The notes beneath the pieces are model-generated. The model was given only the letters and a program-made list of their open reading frames with translations. It did not search any database and was not told where the DNA came from. DNA of 64,000 nucleotides from the NCBI RefSeq assembly GCF_001194135.2, contig NC_068985.1, positions 103,176,735 through 103,240,734 of the forward strand, given 5' to 3'. Source of the stretch: Octopus bimaculoides (taxonomy: Eukaryota). Of the stretch, positions 52,290-63,968 are shown piece after piece (the first letter of the stretch is position 1; each line of letters starts with the position of its first letter). Both the position numbers and the translations under genes were made by a program.

Positions 52290-53250
52290 GTGTGGAGGTT
52301 CCATATGAGCCATCATGGTTGAGAAACGGAAGGTAAGACTATTCCTCAAAGTTGTTAAAGGTTCTTTTGACAAGAGACTGAAAAGATTAGGTTTAGTTTC
52401 AGGTATAAGAGAGCTGATGGGTTGCGTAATGTATGGAGGCATCTTTCACAATTTGAATGCTGGGTTTTCTGCAGTTACAGCCTTAAGTAAATGCTGTCTA
52501 GTTTGTAGAGATATGTAATTTTCTCTACTGTTAAATCATGTTCTTTGTTTGCATTGCTGCAGTGTGGTTATATGAATCACTTGGAGATTAAAGATTGAGT
52601 TTTAGCTGTGTGGCATGTGAAAAACCATGCCTCAGAGGATGGTTTCAGTGAACTACTTAGCCATTACTGATGGATCCAGTGTAAAGTATGTCATGCCAGG
52701 TATAATTAGCATAGAACTGGTAAGGTTCCAATCAGTTATCTGACTTGAAGTACCATAAAGCCTAAGATATGGAGGTGAGTATTGCAAAAGAATCAGTTTC
52801 TATGCTGGCAGGTTGGAGGAATTTGGAGAACAATAGGGGAAGTGGTTATATTTATTGGAGTTGAGAAGGGAGACAAAGTCAAATCTTAATTGCCTATATC
52901 CAGCTGACAAAAGAAAGTGCTTGGGAGAGTGGCATCTACATGTGTTGATACCACTTCTGTAAGTGAAGTTGAAATACAGTGTAGCTTGGGCAGCAATGAT
53001 AAACTTTAGATGAGTTGAGAAATTTATATTTTGAAGAGGAGTAGGATGAATGGTTTACTCGTTAGTAAGAAGCGATTTGTGGGAGTCCATGGATACTTGT
53101 AAAGAAGAGGGGACATTGCCCAACACACTTAATTTTTGGCATCTAGTGAAGTGTTGAGCTTAGTGCATTGAAATAACAATAGCTGTACACCATTCTTACA
53201 AATTCAAAATTCTACTTGCTGGAGTAGGAGATGTATTATAATTTACTTTA
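52290..53250 (-). mobile_element. Highly decayed L2/CR1-group LINE, RT C-terminal part
   Basis: Scattered minus-strand remnants (GLPQ; ATLYFNFTYRS; GMVFH; LRNSL) occur in the order expected after the RT core, with many stops and frameshifts. Confidence 0.45.
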
Positions 53251-55375
53251 GTGCTTTCAGATTAAATAAGTTGAAGTACTCAGTCAACTAATATTAGAAC
53301 AAAATTATAAATTCATTAGCAAAGATATTGATAAGTTTAATAACCTACTCCCTGCTTGTCAAAACTGATAAGTTGCCATGAAAATTTACATGAATAATCT
53401 GAATCTATGATTCAGATTATATTCTTACATGCTTAAGTACTACAAGTTCTCATATCCTCTTGTTAAAAAATCTGCTTTATGTGTATATATGAAACAATTA
53501 CTATTTATGGTTGGAAAGCATATATTAATGAAAGAAATATTCTTAAATGATATTCTTAATTTCCCTATCATATTGTACTAGCTTGTTTCATGGTAGCGTA
53601 ACTTAGTCACTCTTATTCATAGTTTTCAGTGAATATTAGTACCATTTTCTGTCCATCTTGATTTGATAGTGTTTTTATATATTCCAGTGAATATACTTAG
53701 TTACATCAATGAATACTCTCATTTGTCAATAACAAACAACCTGGTACAAAATTTCCAGTGCACTATCTCATTTTAAAACTATGTGTTTTCTGCTTCTTTA
53801 CATATCTTGTGGGTAGTCTCCGATCTCATGGAGCAACAGGAAATTTTTGTGTTTGTTCCTTTAGACAAGAGCTACTGAACAATATTATGGCTTCCTATTT
53901 TGTTCAGTCATATTGTTTACTGGCTTTGAAGGGAATTCTATTGCTATCTTCTTTTGACTCTATATTGTAACTATTTTTATGGCTGGTATCCTAGTTGCAG
54001 AGTTGCTTTATATATTTTGTATGGCAGGATTCATTTAATCATTAGTATATAAATTTTCATTTTTACATGATCACACACACATGCACTTACCCACACACAT
54101 ATTCACACATAAATGTAGTATTGTTCTTTGTCATCTCTACTTATTTTTCTATGTTCTTATGGTAAAATAAAAAATATAAACATATTTTCACTTTAAGACA
54201 ATATCTCATAACATATCCTTCTCATTTTGTAAAACAAAAAAAAAAAAGAAAATGATGTTAAGGATATTATTTTCGTAATTGTCATTGCATAGCACAATAC
54301 CACTATCACAACTTCTGTCACTATAGTAGTTGCAAACCGCTACTAATGCCATAAATACTGTAGCAGCTGCAACTAATAGCAATGCTATCTACTGCTTTCG
54401 TATATGTATGCCAAGCAATGAGAGCAATGTTCTTGAAATCAATATTCTTTTACACTGATATGTAAACAGGTTTTATTGAATGATTTGCCTTACTTTATAT
54501 ATCTACTGTATGACAGAACTTCATCAGAGATATGCGGCAATATGACACACATATATCAGCTGCTTCTTTCTTTTCTATGTTTCTGCAAGTTTGGAGAAGC
54601 AAGTATGTATACATATGTAAATAAAATTGTAATTATGTGCACATATACATATATGTAGTTTTGACATGTGTTTAAAATAATATCTCGAAAACACACACAC
54701 AAACATACATGCACCTCCCTCTCACTCTTTATAGCTATAGATCTATATGCAAATTTAGAAGCAGCTTAAATGTAATTTTTAAAAATAATATGATAATAAT
54801 ATATTCAAAGCTGATGACATTTTTTTTTTTTTTAATTATTGATGAGTTTGAGTTTTAAATCTTAATGATATTTTATAATATGGCTTCCTATCTTCATAAA
54901 TTTGCTGAGAAGGGGATATTTCTGTGTTTGATTTTGTGTACATATGGAGAACCTGTCCATTCATGTGTTAGCATTAAAAGGTTTGTGCATGTCTGTGAAC
55001 TTTCATCTCAATGTTTGTTTGTATATGTTTGTATATCTATCTGTACATCTGCAACATATATGTATGATTATATTGGACATGTGTCTTTATGTTACATTGT
55101 TTTTGTGAACTTGTGTATATATGTATGTATACATGTTGATGTGTATGTATATTGGGGTGTATATGTGCTGTGTACACATGCATGCTTACTTGCAAACACA
55201 CGAATGTAAAGAATTCATCGTAGACAAGAGGTAAAACAGTGAGAACTCAGAGCTGAAAATGAGGGGTCAAAATATATTTGTTAAGCTGAAAGTGTAAATT
55301 TTCATGTCTTCAATTGTTGAACAAAATCTGAACAATGAAACTTGAAACTATTAAAATGAATATCTTGAAAATGAA

Positions 55376-55440
<65 letters not shown>

Positions 55441-55964
55441 AATACATATTTAAATATATGTATATACATGTTTTGTGTGTGTTTGTATTTCCACTCATCA
55501 TTACATGTATTAGCTGACTGTAAACAACAATCTTATTGTTCATAGAGATGGTGTTCTTTGCTTGCAGTCTACTGCAAAAGTGTGTTTGGGCTTCATAACA
55601 AGTTGTAATATGTTGCACAACTTTTGCAAACAAATAGCTCATTTGAATGTTGTTTATTTCCAGTTCTTTGCATAAACATGGTGATGGCTGCTGTTTGATA
55701 GACTGAGAGATGATTATCTTGTTTGGAAACAGGTGTCAGGAAGGGCATTTATCTTTAGAAACTCTGCTCCATCAGAACATCATCTGACCCATACAAGCTT
55801 AGAAAAATAGAGATTAAAACGATGATGATGATGATGATGTGTACGTGTGTTTATATACATGCACATGCACACACAAACACAAACACACGTATATATATTT
55901 ATATATGTATGTATATGTGTGTGTGTGTGTGTGTGTGTATATTAATTGAAGTGTACAGTATTAT

Positions 55965-56911
55965 ATATCCGTTATGGCCGATCTTACCAATCGGTTTTGC
56001 ACTAGAGATTCAGTGGAGTGTTAGGCAACAGTCTGATTACGTAACCCTGCGCTCATCAAAGGTAGCCATCATAGAATGAAATGTGGTGATTATTCTCTAT
56101 TGATGAAGGTGAATAGACACCTCCAGTTTGTGGTGGCTGTGAAAAAGATGACGAAACAAATCGAGCAGGGGACTGAGGTAAGAATTGTGTTCTTTGGTAC
56201 CAAAACATCGGCCCTGGGGGTGGTTTTATTGCAAGCTGGTAAGTGTTTTCTGGAAAAGTTTGTGGGAAATGTATGTGTCTTTAAAGTTGGTGTTCTTGTC
56301 AAAATGGAATGTGTGTAGTGGTACTATATGTATAACCTCTGCAGAGGGATGTGGGCATACGTGTATGTGTTCGTTAGTGTGTTTCCTTTCTTTTACGTAT
56401 TGGTTAAATCCATGGGGCCTTTATGTGTGCATGCAGTATGTGTAGGGTACAATATGTGTGGGGGCTTATTTTGGGGGTGGAAAATAGTCTATTGGATAAG
56501 GTGTCCACTGTGTTGGAGTGTGTGTGCTTGTTTGTGGGTGCATTAGTGTATGTTCTGGTCAAACTCTTGGCTGGACTCCCAGGTATTGACGGGGGGGGGC
56601 CAAAGTTGGGGGACTGGTGATTATAGTCGTGATAGGGCATGCAGGTATGATAGGATGTACTTCCTTTCATGTGGCAAGGATTAAAAATTTCACTTCTGCT
56701 CTTCAGGTAAATGCTTGGGTGTTGGGTGCTCTTTAGAATCGCATAGCCTACACATCCTGCTGCTATTGAAGTACGCTTTATATTTCTCCAAAATCTTCTA
56801 CTTAATGGCTGTACTTGGGGCACTTTCTTTCAAAGATCATACCTGCTTGGTTAGGGTTGTGGTGTTATGTCTCTTCAGGATGTTGAAGGAGGACTTGTGG
56901 TTGTTATAACG
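55965..56911 (-). mobile_element. Penelope-like element 3' part: GIY-YIG C-terminus (about 56665-56911) plus 3' terminal region with a degenerate hammerhead
   Basis: RYNNHKSSFNILKRHNTTTLTKQV*SLKE..IK*KILEKYKAYFNSSRMCRLC..YLKSRSEIFNPCH; hammerhead-like motif downstream on the same strand at 55970-56062. Confidence 0.82.
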
Positions 56912-57191
56912 ATAATTTCTCTACACAATGATACCATTATTAAGAAGACTACTAAACAGACATATGTTTTCTCCTGCATGTGTGGTAAACATGTGAGGTG
57001 TGTGTCTGAAAGAGAGGCAGATTTTCTACAACTGGATGCCCTTCCTGTTGCTAACTCTCATCTGTTTCAAAGCAAAGTGATATTTCCCCATGGTCAGACA
57101 TATTCTTTCAGAAAATTGGAAATGAATGACTCTGCTTGCATGACAGTGACACTCAATTCCAACTGTCATGAGATATCAAAACAATGAGATG

Positions 57192-57247
<56 letters not shown>

Positions 57248-58509
57248 ATGGGCTTCTTACACTTGCTCTAGGTGTCACACAGTGGGACTGAACCTGGGAT
57301 CACATTGCTGGGAAGCAGACTTCTTACCTCATGGTCATTGAGTCTTTCATTTCCCAGCTGATTCTAAATAATCTGCTTATAAATTCATAAACCATATAGC
57401 TTGTGATCTTCATGAAATCATGTGTAGTTCTGAAATCTCAGTTATTTAGGTGCAAAACTGTGACCTGGAACATAGATATATAAATTCACTTTTATACATT
57501 AAGATACATACGGTGCACAATTTCTATCTATTGAATTCCATTCATAACATTGATGTTAACCCAAACGATAGTAGAAATGTATGCAAACTGCTGTGCAGTT
57601 GGATTGAACTTGGTATCATGTAGTTGGGAATCAAGCTTCTTAAGCATAAAGCCATTGCTTGTGTTCACTATTTATCATGAACTTTGTATGAAAAGTTAAC
57701 TTGAGGATTGTGAAACCTCCAGCATTATTACAATTAACATAAATTGCAATTTGCATTGATAGAATTGTTGACTGTTAGCATCAGGAAATGTTTAATGCCT
57801 TTCATAACTTAGTAAAATCCAACAGTTTGTTGGCTGTGTTTTATCAATTGTACAAGGCTTTTGAAAGTTCACTGTTGGTGTTCAGACACAGAGTAAAAAT
57901 CTAGCGACAGATTATGAACTATTTACACTTAAGTATATCAAGCTCTGCCACACTTGAGAGTAATTCAATTTTAGTGCTATTCATCTTGTTTTGTATGTTT
58001 TATGCTACACTCTTTGGAAATTGGATGATTTAGTGTCTCAAGTAATGGTACTGGTGATTTTGTTGAAAAGATTTGAATAATGACACATGAAATATTGAGG
58101 GTAATGGTTTTGACATAAAATGGTGGAGTATATTTTGTGTTTGTTTTCTTTTATTGCTATATATTGTAATAGTGTTTGAAAGTTGTGTAGTATTTAGACA
58201 GGTTCCAATATTTTGTCATTAATTTTAATTTAAGTAGCTTTAAAATACTAATACTTCTTTTTATTGTTTCCCTGTTACATACTTTTTGATATTTCATGGG
58301 GTAGTTTGGTTGTTTCTATTTACTAAATTTAGAGCCATGAGTGCTTTACAGTTTCCATATGCCACTGAAATATAGATGTACTAGATTTGAAACACAGTTA
58401 AGAGAAACAATATGATACAGAAAAGAGGCAATGTATGATGAAAGTAAAAATTCGAATGCTATCAAGCTGCTCCAACTCCAGAAGGAAAAATCATTTTAAA
58501 ATTGAAGAA

Positions 58510-59180
58510 TAGGCGTAGGAGTGGCTGTGTGGTAAGTAGCTTGCTTACCAACCACATGGTTCTGGGTTCAGTCCCACTGTGTGGTACCTTGGGCAAGTGT
58601 CTTCTGCTATAGCCTCGGGCCGACCAAAGCTTTCTGAGTGGATTTGGTAGACGGAAACTGAAAGAAGCCCGTCGTATATATATATATATATATATATNNN
58701 NNNNNNNNNNNNNNNNNNNNNNNNNNNNNNNNNNNNNNNNNNNNNNNNNNNNNNNNNNNNNNNNNNNNNNNNNNNNNNNNNNNNNNNNNNNNNNNNNNNN
58801 NNNNNNNNNNNNNNNNNNNNNNNNNNNNNNNNNNNNNNNNNNNNNNNNNNNNNNNNNNNNNNNNNNNNNNNNNNNNNNNNNNNNNNNNNNNNNNNNNNNN
58901 NNNNNNNNNNNNNNNNNNNNNNNNNNNNNNNNNNNNNNNNNNNNNNNNNNNNNNNNNNNNNNNNNNNNNNNNNNNNNNNNNNNNNNNNNNNNNNNNNNNN
59001 NNNNNNNNTTTGACAACTGATGCTGGTGTGTTTGCGTCCCTGTAACTTAGCGGTTCGGCAAAAGAGACCGATAGAATAAGTACTAGGCTTACAAAGAATA
59101 AGTCCTGGGGTCAATTTGCTCGACTAAAGGCGGTGCTCCAGCATGGCCACAGTCAAATGACTGAAACAAGTAAAAGAGTA
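58510..59180 (+). mobile_element. SINE family A, with its internal microsatellite spanned by an assembly gap
   Basis: The head lies before N 58698-59028 and the tail after it. Confidence 0.9.
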
Positions 59181-59234
59181 ATAAGCAAAGAATAACTATA
59201 AATAAAGTAAAAAGCTAAAAATGACTTTTCCTAC

Positions 59235-59610
59235 TTAGGCACAAGTGTGGCTGTGTGATAAGAAGTTTACTTCCCAACCACATGGTTCCAGGTTCAATCC
59301 CACTGTGTGGCACCTTGGGCCAATGTCTTCTACTATAGCCTCAGGTCGATGAAAACCTTGTGAGTGGATTTGGTAGACAGAAACTGAAAGATACCAATCG
59401 TGTGTCTATGTCTATGTTTGTCCCTACGAACACTTGACAACCAGTGTTGGTGTGTTTACATCCCTGTAACTTAGATGTTTGGCAAGAGACCAACAGAGTA
59501 AGTACCAGGCATAAAAAAGAAAAAAAGTAAGTACTGGTGTTGATTCATTCATCATAAATTCTTCAAAGCAGTGCTCCAGCATGCCACTAGTAAAAAATAA
59601 AAGATAAAGA
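59235..59610 (+). mobile_element. Diverged SINE family A relative
   Basis: gtggctgtgtgataag...ccttgggc...aactgaaag head and cttgacaacc...gtgctccagcatg tail. Confidence 0.78.
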
Positions 59611-60061
59611 TATCTATTACTATGTTAATGATAATTTAAAATTATAGTCTAATGTCTTATAGTTATAAGTTGAGAATAGAATAAATTTATGCAATTAAAA
59701 AATGGAATATAAAATGAAACCAAATAAAAGCATTGCAATGAAAATTAGATCTCAAATAACAAACTAATAATAGAAGCAATAAAAATCAGTAAACTGCTAA
59801 CATTGTATTCTTTCTTGATGACTAAGCTCAAGATACTTAACTGCTGATGTTCATAGAAGAGCAATGCACTGATGCATTCATCTGGAACTGAAACCTCTAT
59901 AACTAATTATTTTCATCCTACAAGTGACACTTGCTGTCTCAAATTTAAAATTAATTACGAATCCTTATCAGTGAAGGAATAAAACTGGTATTCTAGCTGG
60001 TATACATTGTGTTAATGAGTAAAAAATATACTCTGCTGAATTTTTAGTAATGTATAAATGT

Positions 60062-60284
60062 GTATTCTTTTACTCTTTTACTTGTTTCAGTCATTTGACT
60101 GTGGCCATGCTGGAGCAACACCTTTTAGTCGAGCTAATCGACCCCAGGACTTATTCTTTGTAAGCCTAGTACTTATTCTATCGGTATCTTTAGCCAAACC
60201 GCTAAGTTACGGGGACGTAAACACACCAGCATCGGTTGTCAAGCGATGTTGGGGGGACAAACACAGACACACAAACATATACAC

Positions 60285-60336
<52 letters not shown>

Positions 60337-60590
60337 TATATATGTATGTATATATTTATGTGAGTGTCTTTGTATCTGTGGTTGTCTCCTCACCATTGCT
60401 TGACAACCAATGTTGGTATGTTTATGTCACCATAACTTAGTGGTTCAGCAAAAGAAGCCAATAGACTAAGTACCATATTTACAAAGATTAAGTCCTGGGG
60501 TCAATATCTTTAACTAAAAAACCCTTCAAGGTGGTGCTCCAGCATGGCTGCAGTCAAATGACTGAAACATGTAAAAGAATAAAAGAATAT
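60062..60590. mobile_element. Inverted pair of headless SINE family A tail modules around one TA/TG microsatellite
   Basis: 60062-60300 is a minus-strand tail and about 60360-60590 is a more diverged plus-strand tail; neither has a tRNA head. Confidence 0.85.
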
Positions 60591-60607
60591 ATGTGCACAT
60601 ATATTTA

Positions 60608-60845
60608 TATTAGAGGGAAAAGGACAACAAAAACCAAGGCAGAACAAGTATCTCAAGACATAATATTTAATTAAATGAATTTGAGGTCATCAATCAATCA
60701 ATTAATTAATTAACTGTTGGATGTCTTACAGCTGTTTCTGGGATATCCCAAGTGATAGGTTAGCAACTCCATACACTATATTCCATCATCAGGGAGAAGG
60801 TGAGTAAGAATGAAAGTTCTAGACAAGTAGTTCACAGTTTATAAA
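60608..60845 (-). mobile_element. Short non-coding repeat carrying a hammerhead ribozyme (copy 2)
   Basis: Homologous to 45868-46078. Confidence 0.8.
60723..60796 (-). ncRNA. Type I minimal hammerhead ribozyme motif with intact core and palindromic stem III
   Basis: Minus strand: cucc-CUGAUGA-UGGAAUAU...AUAUCCCA-GAA-ACAGCUGU-A-AGAC. Stem III ACAGCUGU is self-complementary; stem I has two mismatches. Confidence 0.7.
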
Positions 60846-60869
60846 GGAATAAGATAGTAGATAGATGAA

Positions 60870-60874
60870 TACAG

Positions 60875-60913
<39 letters not shown>

Positions 60914-61355
60914 TAGATATATATGTATGTATATATTCATATATATATGCGTATGTATATATTCATATATGTATATCATCATCATCATCATCGTCGTTTA
61001 ACGTCCGCTTTCCATGCTAGCATGGGTTACTTATATATATGTATATATTATTATATATATATTTGTGTGTATATATATATTTATATATATATGTATATAT
61101 TCTTATATATGTGTGTGTATATATATTCTTATATATATATATATATATATATATATGTTTCTGTGTATATATATACGTATATATTTTTCATAATAAAGAG
61201 TAAAAATCATTGTTATAATTATGTGTATAATTATAAAATATTTTATATATGTATATGTATATATTCTTATGTATATATATATGTATATGCATATATATAT
61301 ACTTATGTATATATATATATTCATATATGTGTATATATGTATATATATATTCATA

Positions 61356-61452
<97 letters not shown>

Positions 61453-61510
61453 GCATCTATATATACATGTAGTTGTAGGTATGTACATACATGTACATAT
61501 ATATGCATAC
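60870..61510. repeat. Long degenerate (TA)n/(TATG)n low-complexity tract with an embedded ~50-nt family C end (about 60977-61026)
   Basis: Read directly; it is the source of the Y/I-rich 374-aa ORF. Confidence 0.9.
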
Positions 61511-61539
61511 ACTTATATATTATTTGTATTACATGATCG

Positions 61540-62140
61540 AACGCACGCGTTATCCTTGCAAGTAAGTTTCAACTTCATTTTTCTGACGCGACTCTATCTA
61601 TCTTTGTATCTTTCTCCCCCTCTCGTTCTTCCTTCTGTTGTTCTTCGCCTCTCCTCTTCACTACTATATATCACTCTTCCTCCCTGTTTCTCGTTGTTCA
61701 CCTATATTCTACTGCCTCCCCTTTTTCTCCCTATACCACTCTTTCTCCTTACCCCTCGCTGGTTACATATGTCCGGCTACTACTTCCTTTCATATCTTGA
61801 CCATCGCCAAGTTCGCACGAACTATTCTTCGTCTCTCTTCCTTCCAGTTCGTCGTTTCACAGCATTCAGTATACACATATTTTTTCACGTCTGGCCGTAT
61901 AGCCTTTCTTGTTTATTTCCACTGTTTCATTTTCCTATCTTGTTTTCTGTCTGCCACTACATTCCTCCACGGTACAAATTTAATTTGTGGTCTGTGGGAA
62001 GAGCCATTCTAACAATGCATCCTGCCCTAACTCTTCGAAACGCTTAGTTTTAGAATGGTGGCAGCCAATGAAGGAAATGTTCTCTATGTGGCCTGTGTGT
62101 TTTCTGTACTCTGTTTATCATTTTGTCCACGTTTTTTTGC
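61540..62140 (+). mobile_element. CT-rich repeat remnant, possibly a Penelope-type terminal region
   Basis: A CpG-containing pyrimidine-rich tract ending in tctgtgg-GAAGAG...CTCTTC-GAAAC (about 61991-62041), a hammerhead-like layout with a damaged core. Confidence 0.35.
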
Positions 62141-62284
62141 AATGTCCTGTACCCAGATATGCATCTGTATATACATGTAGATGTAGGTATGTACATACAT
62201 GTACGCATATCTGCATACACTCATATATTATTTGTATTATATATATATATATATATATGTTTATATATATATAATCAATATCGC

Positions 62285-62772
62285 TGATGTGGCCCATGAC
62301 AGTACTGCTTGATTGGCACTCGTGCCAGTGGAACATTAAAAGCACCATCCAAGCGTGATCGTTGCCAGGGCTGCTGACTGTTTCCCATGCTGGTGGCACA
62401 TAAAAAGCACCGTTTGAGCATGACTGTTGCTAGCGTCACCTTACCAGCACATGTGTCGGTAGCATGTGAAAAACAACATTCGAGCATGGTCGTTGCGAGT
62501 GCCGTCGGACTGGCCCCTGTGCAGGTGACACGTAAAAAGCACCATTTGAGCGTGGTCATTGCCAGTACCGCTTGACAGGTCCTCATGCCAGTGGCACGTA
62601 AAAGCACCCACTATACTCTCAGAGTGGTTGGTGTTAGGAAGGGCATCCAGCTGCAAAAACTTGCCAGACCAGATTGGAACTTGGTGCAGCCTTCTGGCTT
62701 GCCAGTCATCAGTCAAACGGTCCAACCCATGCCAGCATGGAAAACAGACGTTAAGCAATGATGATGATGATG

Positions 62773-62778
<6 letters not shown>
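62285..62778 (+). mobile_element. Repeat family C, long copy with five ~66-bp internal tandem units
   Basis: The gtgccagtggcacgtaaaagcacc-like motif recurs at about 62322, 62387, 62453, 62519 and 62585; (GAT)n tail. Confidence 0.85.
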
Positions 62779-62804
<26 letters not shown>

Positions 62805-62856
62805 GGAGAGTATTGTAGTTCGCTTGAAGCATTGTGTATTGTTTGTAAAAGAATAA

Positions 62857-63048
62857 AAGTTTAGAATGGTACAACAATGCACTATAAAACAAGAAATGGA
62901 CTATACACCTGTTGTAATTTCTTAAGATCTGAAAATCTGATGAAGGAATTGTAATTCCAAAATATCATCGGACTATAGATAACCAAATTACAACAGGTAT
63001 ATAGTCCATTTCTTGTTTTATAGTGCATTGTTGTACCATTCTAAACTT
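62857..63048. repeat. Palindrome with 64-bp arms and a hammerhead-like core in the spacer
   Basis: 62857-62920 equals the reverse complement of 62985-63048 with one mismatch. Confidence 0.9.
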
Positions 63049-63111
63049 ATATNNNNNNNNNNNNNNNNNNNNNNNNNNNNNNNNNNNNNNNNNNNNNNNN
63101 NNNNNNNNNTA

Positions 63112-63600
63112 TACATCATCAACTGCCAGGGTGTGGCACTTTTTCACACAGCTATCCTCATCTATTCTCGCCACATGACCATACCAGTGCAAGCGTCTCT
63201 CTTGCACACCACAACTGATGCTTTTTAGGACCAACTTTTCTCTCAAGGTACTTACACTCTGTCGAGTATGCACACTGACATTACACACCCATAGGAGCAT
63301 ACTGGCTTCATTCCTTGCAAGCTTACGCATATCCTCAGCAGTCACGGCCCATGTTTCACTGCCATGTAGCATGGCTGTTCGTACACATGTGTCATACAGT
63401 CTGCCTTTTACTCTGAGTAAGAAGCCCTTTGTCACTAGCTGAGGTAAGAGCTCTCTGAACTGTGCGCAGGCTATTCTTATTTTAGCAGCTACACTTTCAG
63501 TGCACCTTCCCCTGCTACTAACTTGGTCACCTAGATAACGGAAGCCATCAACTACTTCTAGTTTTTTTTCCCCTGGAATGTGGCGAAAGTTGTTTTCTGC
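63112..63600 (-). mobile_element. RTE-clade LINE reverse transcriptase C-terminal fragment
   Basis: LEVVDGFRYLGDQV...KGRLYDTCVRTAMLHGSETWAVT...ERRLHWYGHVARIDEDSCVKKC is the typical RTE post-RT region; open frame up to the gap. Confidence 0.92.
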
Positions 63601-63654
63601 ACATTTATTGCTCCTGAACATCTGCCTCATACAAAAACTCTTTTCCTAGTTAGC

Positions 63655-63697
<43 letters not shown>

Positions 63698-63968
63698 TAT
63701 ACATATATACACATATAATATACATCTATATATATGTTTGTGTGTGTGTGTGTGTGTACATACACATATATCTCCATATTTCAACATGAAAAGCGGATCT
63801 TAAAGGATGATGATATATATATATGTGTGTGTTTGTATATGTATACACACACACACACATATAATATGTACATGCACATATATATCATCATCATCATTTA
63901 ATGTCCTCTTTCCATGCTGATACATGAAGATATATGTGTGTGTGTGCATGTGTATGCACACATAAATA

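Larger units (their letters stand above)
5397..63109. other. Eight assembly gaps (N runs): 5397-5447, 25016-25256, 31396-31738, 34754-35123, 41433-41811, 45361-45716, 58698-59028, 63053-63109
   Basis: Read directly. Most abut dinucleotide microsatellites, and short exons could be hidden in them. Confidence 0.95.

Noticed and set aside
59926-59975. Minus-strand CUGAUAA...GAGACAGC hammerhead-like string
   Set aside because: Two core substitutions, no stem I pairing and no clear stem II; not distinguishable from chance.
60923-62047. 374-aa ORF, the longest in the track
   Set aside because: It reads through a (TA)n tract and a CT-rich repeat (Y/I then L/S/F-rich) with no domain motif; a low-complexity artefact.
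62322-62609. CRISPR-like look of regularly spaced conserved motifs
   Set aside because: The intervening segments are homologous to each other, the context is a eukaryotic retroelement tail, and there are no cas genes.
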